A DNA stretch of 64,000 bases. Source: Candidatus Aldehydirespiratoraceae bacterium (GTDB taxonomy: Bacteria > Actinomycetota > Acidimicrobiia > Acidimicrobiales > Aldehydirespiratoraceae). Each line of letters starts with the position of its first letter. Position 1 is the first letter of the stretch. Of the stretch, positions 19,606 through 26,445 are shown in pieces. The stretch is from assembly GCA_965203375.1 (NCBI GenBank), contig OZ241886.1, positions 1,347,947 through 1,411,946 of the forward strand, in the 5' to 3' direction. A model generated the notes under the pieces. That model was not told the DNA's origin, made no database searches, and saw only the letters and a list, made by a program, of their open reading frames with translations. The position numbers and the translations under genes were made by a program.

Positions 19606-20677
19606 TTAGATCTCTCTTCCGATCAATCCGTTTGGTCATCCATAAGTGTGTGCAAGCGAACTCAACCTCGTCTCGGGTATCCTCTGCGGCGAACTCGTAG
19701 GCGAAGAGGGCGGAAGGTATACGCACCGGCTCGCCTAAGAGATCCCAACGTCGTTGGAGCCACTTAGGAGGCGGAGTGGGCAAGCCTAGTTTGATCCGAC
19801 CACGTCCAGTCCTTTGGATAATTAGCTGCTGATGGTTACCGTTCACAGCGTCAATTGCCGCTTGCAGTCGCCAGGCTTCGTCGCATCCTCTTACTCCAGG
19901 TATCTGAGACAATGGAAGATCGAGTAACTTATGATGCTCACCAGCACTCAACTCTACGAAACACCATAGATCCGAGCCATAGCCTTGGCTTCGTCTTGCT
20001 AAAAATACGCCAGTGTCTGAAGCGGCAGGCGGTCGCCATCGACCACGATAGAACGATGGTGATGATTTGGGGTCAAGGATTCGGAGACCATCGATGGGAC
20101 CAGATTGGGATTGTTGGTCAAGTCCCCGTACGTAAGCTCCGACAAACTCCGTAGCTTCGACCGGTTCTGGTGATTCCACCCAACTTGTTTCTGTTATCTC
20201 AATGAGCCCGTAGGTTTCCAGTAGCGTATGAACCTCGGAATCAGGATTGATGATGCGTCGCAAATATCCTGTCTCATGCACGCGATCTTGCAAAGCATTC
20301 CCAACTAGTGGTAGATTGTCAGGACGAGTCCCAAAGAGAATAAACTCACCTGATCGACGTCGTATGAATCTCGGCTGGCCGAGATAGATCACTCTTCGGC
20401 GATAACCGAGCGGCTGCTCTACTGACTCAACTAGATCACCGAGATTAATCAGAGCATCAAAAGTCTCTTGTAGAGAATCGTCGTCAATTGGATACACGTG
20501 TTCAAGTACATTCTTTACTGCCAAGATCAAAGCCGATGAAGTAGTTGGACACATTAGGGAAGCTGCTCGTCTCAAGCTAGCGGCGCTCAGGAGATGGTAG
20601 CTGGGTGCAGGAGTTACCTGTAGGGCAGCCGACGTAGCTTCAATCGTGCTAGTAGGAGTCAGTACTCTCAACTCCAT
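19598..20677 (-). CDS. hypothetical protein (359 aa), operon partner of the DruE-like helicase
   Basis: ATG 20677 overlaps the upstream gene's stop (ATGGAGTTGA, 10-nt overlap). Its own stop overlaps the helicase GTG start (GTGGCTGA, 8 nt). No domain recognised by eye. Confidence 0.65.
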   Translation of the reverse strand: MELRVLTPTSTIEATSAALQVTPAPSYHLLSAASLRRAASLMCPTTSSALILAVKNVLEHVYPIDDDSLQETFDALINLGDLVESVEQPLGYRRRVIYLGQPRFIRRRSGEFILFGTRPDNLPLVGNALQDRVHETGYLRRIINPDSEVHTLLETYGLIEITETSWVESPEPVEATEFVGAYVRGLDQQSQSGPIDGLRILDPKSSPSFYRGRWRPPAASDTGVFLARRSQGYGSDLWCFVELSAGEHHKLLDLPLSQIPGVRGCDEAWRLQAAIDAVNGNHQQLIIQRTGRGRIKLGLPTPPPKWLQRRWDLLGEPVRIPSALFAYEFAAEDTRDEVEFACTHLWMTKRIDRKRDLSG

Positions 20678-23661
20678 TCCCAAACCTGTCCCTCTTGATA
20701 GGCTACGATAGCTAGCATCCGTGCAGCTCGGTAGATGATGGGGTGCTCCAATACTGCGTTGAAGTAGACTTCCTTTTGGCCATCTAACCAACCGACTATG
20801 GACTCAGGGGCTGAGGCGAGCCGGAGATGAAACTCAGCCAACCACAATCCTTGCTTCGTGAGCATCGTTCCCGGAAGATTTGCAGTGTTCGAGCGGTCTG
20901 TGAAGGATACCGGCACCCCGCCGACTGATCCTGGTGCATCCACCGATGGATCAGCAATCCTTGAACGAGCTGTGAAGGAATATATACGACTATGGGAATT
21001 CATTGGGATATTTTGTGAAAATTGCTCCACCGGCGGTTCTTCTAACTGGTCTAGTGAGCTTGCTAAAGTTGCAATTCGATTTCGGAAGGATGTCCAGTGT
21101 CTAGGCTTCGCTAGAGCCGCCCCTAATTCTTTAATGGAAAGTGTCCAACCGTCAGAGTGACGCCGTTCGATGGATGCCCACTCTTGACCGCCGATTATTG
21201 AACCGATTTCTCTATTTATTGCAACAGCAACTGCTGCGCGGCGATCGCGAGCCAATAGGTGGCCAGGATATCTGGAATTTGACCATAGTTCCGCTAACTT
21301 GACTAGGTGTGCAATGCTCGCTCCTGTTCGTTCGCGTTTACGAAGTCGCACGGCAGACCGCGCGGATCTGAGATCGTGTAGATCGTGGATGGTCGGCGGC
21401 AGAATTGCCTTTGCCTCGTGGTCGTCAAGCTGTGCTACGAAGAGACCGCCACTCGGGTTGAAATATTCGGAGGCCCTCGTATTGACTGCTCTTCCGATGT
21501 CAGGTGTTTTGAACGGGTAGTGTATGACCTTGATAATCCCGCCAGTGTCGGTGGCTTCATAAAGATGTAGAACTGTTTGACCGTGCATTCGCTGAAACCC
21601 CCAGCGCAAAGGTACGAGTTCACGTTCAAGCAACAATTCCACGTATCCAAAAATGTCATCGCCCAAAGAAAATTTGAGTTGCGTCGCGCTGTCGTACGCT
21701 TCTTGAAATTCTGGGCGTTGCCTCACCTGTGTCTCAAAACATTCCGTCCACTCTGTCGTCGTGACGGGCAATGTGATCTTAAACTTGTGATCAGCTATGA
21801 CAACACCGTTTTCCAAGAGTGCTACCTTTAAGGAAGTCTGAGTTCCTAGTGGTCCATCTGCCGTGACACTTGCTAGACCATCCCAGATATCTTCCAGCGA
21901 AGCTCTAGGTATGGTTATTCGAAGTCGAAGTGGATCTCTGAAGGTTCCGCTCGCGTGCTTAGGTTCCGCTTCGCGCATATGAATTTGGACCCCTAGGTCG
22001 GGGATTGGATGTGTTGCCTCCGGGACTTTGAACGAGAGCCTTAGATCATGCCATCCCTGGCTAAGGTCCCGGAGTTCAAGGACGGCAGCATTATCGATTA
22101 ACTCTTTAGACGAGAGATGGATAACGCTGGCTTCGTTGAGTGTGGCAGTACATGAAACAATTTCGTGGATACACTTCAACCTGAGCATCGGGTTGTCGCC
22201 TACGATCCATTCGCCAACACCATCACCGTCCCATGCAGCGGGAACGAAACCTACGGGCGATACCTCAACACTCGTCTGGACTCCGCAGCCTAGTATTTGA
22301 ACCGTCTGTGTAATTTTTGAATCTATATCGTCGGGCACTTTAACTGCGAGGCATACTGTACCCTCGCACTCGATTTGCTGCTCGTTAACCCAGTCAACGG
22401 GAGGAACTGTAAGGTCCGGTCCCAAGATAATATATGGGATGCCGGTACGAACTAGCCGTGACCTTACGAGATGTCCAGTTCCATCTGTACCGATTCGGAA
22501 CAACCAAGGCTGGCATGAGGGCGTACGGGCTTCACTAGCGAAAAGTTCGGCTGTTAGGGTGGGTGCGCGCTCCAATTCGAAGATTACGGCATCATGGCCA
22601 GGCCACTTGTCGAGCACAACTTGCTGTCCGGAGTCAAGTAGCCACCCACGGGCTCTAGGTCGACCACTGGTGCCGGCGATCCTGCACCTGAGTTGTTCGA
22701 TCTGCTCTGACAGTTCGGGATGTCGGGCGAAGAGAGGTTTGAAGTCGGGCACTCGTAGGCGTAACTGCCAACCTGAACTTCCAGGATACAACGAGAGCGA
22801 GACAGGTGCTGTCGGACGTTGCAACTCAGCGCTTCTTAGGGTCGTTGGTAGCTGTGGCTCGTGAACACGAGCAACTCCTCGGAACCGAATGCGGTCTGCG
22901 GAGGATCGGGCGTCACTAAGCCAGCGTCTAGCTTGCCGCTCTTTAGAGAGGTCGTCCGTAATGCGTTCAAGTGTCGGTGGATCGATCGTTGGTACATCTT
23001 CATGGCCTGCCAGCAGAGTGGCTGCGACATGCCCTAGGAGGTCAGTATTCTGCGCGAACTGTTGAAAGCGTTTAGAGGTGTTCCGGGTACGCGCAGCGAG
23101 TATTCGGCCTAGCTGGTGAGGATCCTTAAGCGAGCCGCTAGTTAGGATTCCTCTATATTCGTACAAGAGTTGAGCGAACTGCCGCTGGAGATCAGTGGGG
23201 AGGATGGCGTGAGTGATAGGCCAGCAGATGATCGAAAATTGACGCGCCCATGCACCGCTAGGTCTTGCGCCGTTGTAGGTCTTCTCAAACTGCAAGAACT
23301 GGGTCTTGACATACTGTCGTGTGGCGTTTCGTTCCCAGCCCGGTGCCTTTGCTTCCAGCGTCGGCCAGTATTGGTCTCCTTCGTAGCTGTATCCGATCTC
23401 GGTTGCATAGACGACAAACGGTAGCCAGTGCTGTCGTGGTGGGTGTGATTGAGATATCCGTGCCTCTACGACATCTGATAGGACGGATCGCTCCTCTGCT
23501 GAAAGACCGTGTTCCATGGCGTAGACCGGCGGCTGGCCAGGGAGTTGCCGTCGTCTGTTAGCCAACTTCCGGAAATGCAGATCGAGTAGTTCGTGGAGGG
23601 ACGAGATCGTGTTCAAGATTTCGGCTGGTGCTGTGGGCCGGACCAGCGGCTTGTTTTCCAC
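20668..23661 (-). CDS. large hypothetical protein (~1000 aa), first gene of the helicase operon
   Basis: Long low-G+C ORF. The ORF-track N-terminus (up to 24354) is an Arg/Pro/Gly-rich read-through into the host ABC permease gene and is rejected. The start is uncertain. GTG 23661 is favoured because it sits 6 nt after a CATAAT -10 box, a leaderless arrangement. Alternatives are GTG 23757 and ATG 23517. Confidence 0.7.
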   Translation of the reverse strand: MENKPLVRPTAPAEILNTISSLHELLDLHFRKLANRRRQLPGQPPVYAMEHGLSAEERSVLSDVVEARISQSHPPRQHWLPFVVYATEIGYSYEGDQYWPTLEAKAPGWERNATRQYVKTQFLQFEKTYNGARPSGAWARQFSIICWPITHAILPTDLQRQFAQLLYEYRGILTSGSLKDPHQLGRILAARTRNTSKRFQQFAQNTDLLGHVAATLLAGHEDVPTIDPPTLERITDDLSKERQARRWLSDARSSADRIRFRGVARVHEPQLPTTLRSAELQRPTAPVSLSLYPGSSGWQLRLRVPDFKPLFARHPELSEQIEQLRCRIAGTSGRPRARGWLLDSGQQVVLDKWPGHDAVIFELERAPTLTAELFASEARTPSCQPWLFRIGTDGTGHLVRSRLVRTGIPYIILGPDLTVPPVDWVNEQQIECEGTVCLAVKVPDDIDSKITQTVQILGCGVQTSVEVSPVGFVPAAWDGDGVGEWIVGDNPMLRLKCIHEIVSCTATLNEASVIHLSSKELIDNAAVLELRDLSQGWHDLRLSFKVPEATHPIPDLGVQIHMREAEPKHASGTFRDPLRLRITIPRASLEDIWDGLASVTADGPLGTQTSLKVALLENGVVIADHKFKITLPVTTTEWTECFETQVRQRPEFQEAYDSATQLKFSLGDDIFGYVELLLERELVPLRWGFQRMHGQTVLHLYEATDTGGIIKVIHYPFKTPDIGRAVNTRASEYFNPSGGLFVAQLDDHEAKAILPPTIHDLHDLRSARSAVRLRKRERTGASIAHLVKLAELWSNSRYPGHLLARDRRAAVAVAINREIGSIIGGQEWASIERRHSDGWTLSIKELGAALAKPRHWTSFRNRIATLASSLDQLEEPPVEQFSQNIPMNSHSRIYSFTARSRIADPSVDAPGSVGGVPVSFTDRSNTANLPGTMLTKQGLWLAEFHLRLASAPESIVGWLDGQKEVYFNAVLEHPIIYRAARMLAIVAYQEGQVWEWS

Positions 23662-23667
23662 GGCATC

Positions 23668-23697
23668 ATTATGCACGTAGCCTGTGACAGGCACCAA
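23668..23697 (-). promoter_or_regulatory. sigma70/SigA-like promoter, possibly leaderless
   Basis: On the minus strand: TTGGTG (23697-23692), 18-nt spacer, CATAAT (23673-23668), then 6 nt to GTG 23661. Confidence 0.35.
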
Positions 23698-23753
23698 GAA
23701 TTGGTCGGTTACCACGCCCGGTTGATCCGGTCGACGGAGTTTGACCGCGAGAG

Positions 23754-26336
23754 TCACTCGTAGGCGATGGCGTCTAGGACGTTCATGCGGCCGGCTCGGC
23801 GGGCGGGGAGGATGGCGGCTACTAGGCCGGCGGCGGCTGAGACGGCTACGTAGACGGCCAGGGTGACCCAGGGGATCTGGACGTCGCTCACGAAGGCGTC
23901 GGGCAGGGCCAGGGTGGCGGCCACGCCGAACACCACGCCCACCGCCACTCCGAGCAGGGCTCCGAAGACGGCCACTATGGCTGCCTCCCAGCGGATGGAG
24001 CGCCGGAGCTGGCGGCGGGTCATGCCCACCGCTCGCAGCAGTCCGATCTCGCGGGTGCGCTCGAACACCGACAGGGCCAGGGTGTTGGCGATGCCCACCA
24101 GGGCGATCACCAGCGCCAGCCCCAATAGCAGGGTGATCACGATGAGAAACGAGTTGAGCCGGGTCTGCTGGCTCTGGCGGAACTCCACCCGGTTCTCGGC
24201 CGTCACCGTCGGGTAGTCGGCCAGGGCCTCGTCGATGGCGGCCCGGCTGCGGTCCACCAGCACGGCCTGGTCGGCCTCGCCCAAGTCGTCGGAGAACCCG
24301 GCGATGGTGGCGCTGGCGAAGGCCAGGTCGCTGCGGTTGAAGTGCTCGTCCCACAGGGCCACGTCGATCATCCAGTTGCCGTAGATGGTGGCGTCGGCGT
24401 AGACGGCGGCCACGGTGAGGGTCTCGGTCTCGTTGTCGGGGAAGGTCATCTCCAGCGTGTCGCCCACCCCCACCCCGAGATCGGCGGCCGGGTCGACGTG
24501 GATGGCCAAGCCCTCCAGCGGGTCGGCCGAGGCCAGGTCGCCGGCCACCACGTCGCCGTCGAGGTGGCTCTCAACCACGTCCAGCTCGGCCGCGAATATG
24601 TCTTTGGGGGCGCCGTTCACCTGCACCGAGTCGAAGGCGAACCGGTAGCGGACCACCCGGTCGAGCTCGTCGAGCGCCTCCAGGTCGTCGGCCACCTGCT
24701 CGGAGAACCCGGCCGACGGGTTGAAGCCCTGGCGGGTGGAGCGGACGAAGTAGTCGGCCTCCACCGCGTTGTCGAGGGTGCGCACGAAGGTCCTCTCCAC
24801 CGACTCGCCCACCACCGCGGCCAGCCCCACCAGGGCCAGGCCGATCATCAGCGCCCCGGCGGTGGAGGCGGTGCGGCGGGGGTTGCGGGCCGCGTTCTCC
24901 CGGGCGATCCGGCCCGGCACGCGGAACACCGCCTGCATGGGCCGCCCCAGCACCCGGGCCAGCGGCCGGGCGAAGGCCGGGCTCACCGTGTTGATGCCCA
25001 CGAAGGTGGCCAGGGCCCCGACCCCGATCAGGGCCAGGGTGGGCGCGGTGCCGAGCCCGCCGAACATCCCCGCCAACAGGGCGGCCGCGCCCGCCGCGGC
25101 CACCGCCCCGCCGGCGATCAGGCGCCGCCGCAGCCGGGCCGACTCGATCCGGTAGCCGTGCTGCAGGGCGGCGATGGGGGAGATGCGCCGGGCCCGCAGG
25201 GCAGGCCCGATCGACGAGACCACCGTCACCCCCAGGCCCACCAGAACGGCCAGCAGCACCGTGCGGGGCCGCAGCTCCAAGGGCCCCGACGGCAGCCCGA
25301 AGCCCCCGGCCCGCAGCAGGACCCTCAGCACCATGCTCAGCACCACCCCGCACCCGATGCCCGCCGCGGTGCTGAGCACCCCGACCGCGGCCGACTCGCC
25401 GATCACCGACCACCCCACCTGGCGGGGAGTAGCCCCGACGGCCCGCCACAGCCCGATCTCGCGCACCCGCTGGTCCAGGACCATCTGGAAGGTGTTGTTG
25501 ATGATGAAGGCCGACACGAACACGGCGATGAAGGCGAACACCAGCAGTATCCAGTTGAAGATGTTCACGAATTGGTCGAAGTCGGCCTCCTGCTCTTGCG
25601 TGGCGATCTGTCGGGTGATCACCTCGTAGGAGTCGCCCAGCGCGGCCTCGAGGCCGGCCTGCACCGCCGCGGGGTCGGCGCCGGGCGAGACTCTCACGCC
25701 GATCTCGAGGACTTCGCCCTCGAAGCCGAAGAAGCGCTGGGCGGTGGGCAGGTCGAAGGCGGCCATGGTCTGGCCGACGCTGGTGTTGGTGTCGGGGGCG
25801 CCGAAGTTGAACACGCCCACCAGCTCGAAGTCCTCGGCGCGGACCGGGCCGTTGACGGCGTAGGTCTCGCCGACCCGCAGGTCGTTGCGGGCCGCGGTGG
25901 TGGCGTCGGCCGCGAACTCGCCGCCGGCGGAGGGGGCCCGGCCCTCCACCAGGAAGAACTGGCTGGCCAGGAAGTTGAACCCCAGCGCGGGCGGCCCCGG
26001 CGGGATGATGGGCTCGCCGTCGCCGTCCACTATCACCACGTTGAAGGAGGCGACCGCGGGCAGCACCTCGCCCACGCCGTCGATGCGGGCCACCGGGTCC
26101 ACCAGGGAGTCGGGCAGGGCGGGCCGGTCGATGTCGCTGCCCACCTCCTGGACGGACCGCACGGTGAGGTCGGTGCCGGAGGTGATGTCGGAGGCCAGGT
26201 CGGAGAAGGTGGAGCGCAGGCTGTCGGTGAGCACGAAGGAGCCCACCACGAACATCACGCCGATCACCACCGTGAGGGTGGTGAGGGCGAATCGGATCTT
26301 CTTCTCGACCAGGTTGCGCAGAACGAGCCTGAACAC
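23754..26336 (-). CDS. ABC transporter permease, MacB/FtsX-type with two FtsX modules
   Basis: 860 aa. N-terminal TM (KIRFALTTLTVVIGVMFVV), large extracytoplasmic domains and two 4-TM FtsX-like modules. Paralog of 26435-28984 and sits in an operon with an ATPase. Confidence 0.85.
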   Translation of the reverse strand: MFRLVLRNLVEKKIRFALTTLTVVIGVMFVVGSFVLTDSLRSTFSDLASDITSGTDLTVRSVQEVGSDIDRPALPDSLVDPVARIDGVGEVLPAVASFNVVIVDGDGEPIIPPGPPALGFNFLASQFFLVEGRAPSAGGEFAADATTAARNDLRVGETYAVNGPVRAEDFELVGVFNFGAPDTNTSVGQTMAAFDLPTAQRFFGFEGEVLEIGVRVSPGADPAAVQAGLEAALGDSYEVITRQIATQEQEADFDQFVNIFNWILLVFAFIAVFVSAFIINNTFQMVLDQRVREIGLWRAVGATPRQVGWSVIGESAAVGVLSTAAGIGCGVVLSMVLRVLLRAGGFGLPSGPLELRPRTVLLAVLVGLGVTVVSSIGPALRARRISPIAALQHGYRIESARLRRRLIAGGAVAAAGAAALLAGMFGGLGTAPTLALIGVGALATFVGINTVSPAFARPLARVLGRPMQAVFRVPGRIARENAARNPRRTASTAGALMIGLALVGLAAVVGESVERTFVRTLDNAVEADYFVRSTRQGFNPSAGFSEQVADDLEALDELDRVVRYRFAFDSVQVNGAPKDIFAAELDVVESHLDGDVVAGDLASADPLEGLAIHVDPAADLGVGVGDTLEMTFPDNETETLTVAAVYADATIYGNWMIDVALWDEHFNRSDLAFASATIAGFSDDLGEADQAVLVDRSRAAIDEALADYPTVTAENRVEFRQSQQTRLNSFLIVITLLLGLALVIALVGIANTLALSVFERTREIGLLRAVGMTRRQLRRSIRWEAAIVAVFGALLGVAVGVVFGVAATLALPDAFVSDVQIPWVTLAVYVAVSAAAGLVAAILPARRAGRMNVLDAIAYE

Positions 26337-26445
26337 CGCTCTCAGCCCCCGGCTGTCAGATCGGACACCGCTCTCAGCCCCCGGCCGCCGACTCAGACAC
26401 CGTTCTCAGTCCTCGGCCGCTTGCGAACCCTCGGTCAGTCCTCGG
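26333..26445 (-). repeat. 32-bp tandem repeat (3 copies + partial) duplicating the stop/start junction between the two permease genes
   Basis: ACACCGCTCTCAGCCCCCGGC at 26333 and 26365, and a variant at 26397. On the minus strand each unit reads ...GGCTGAgagcgGTG... Confidence 0.8.

Larger units (their letters stand above)
4060..23753. other. low-G+C horizontally acquired island (mosaic; no recombinase gene seen)
   Basis: Base composition drops abruptly right after the lhr stop (4059) and returns to host-like composition at the stop of the ABC permease (23754). Internally it is mosaic: low-G+C blocks, one intermediate-G+C block (about 9280-12780) and a host-like lhr remnant (5347-5708). Confidence 0.8.

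Noticed and set aside
4060-23753. Search for an integrase, transposase or recombinase gene that would make the island an identifiable mobile element.
   Set aside because: No ORF in the island shows tyrosine/serine recombinase or DDE transposase motifs by eye. The island is therefore reported as 'other', not as a mobile element.
23662-24354. N-terminal ~230 aa of the ORF-track 1228-aa protein (20668-24354).
   Set aside because: This part is Arg/Pro/Gly-rich, lies in host-composition DNA and overlaps the 3' end of the ABC permease gene in another frame. Protein-like sequence and low G+C only begin near 23750, so the real start must be at or downstream of 23757.
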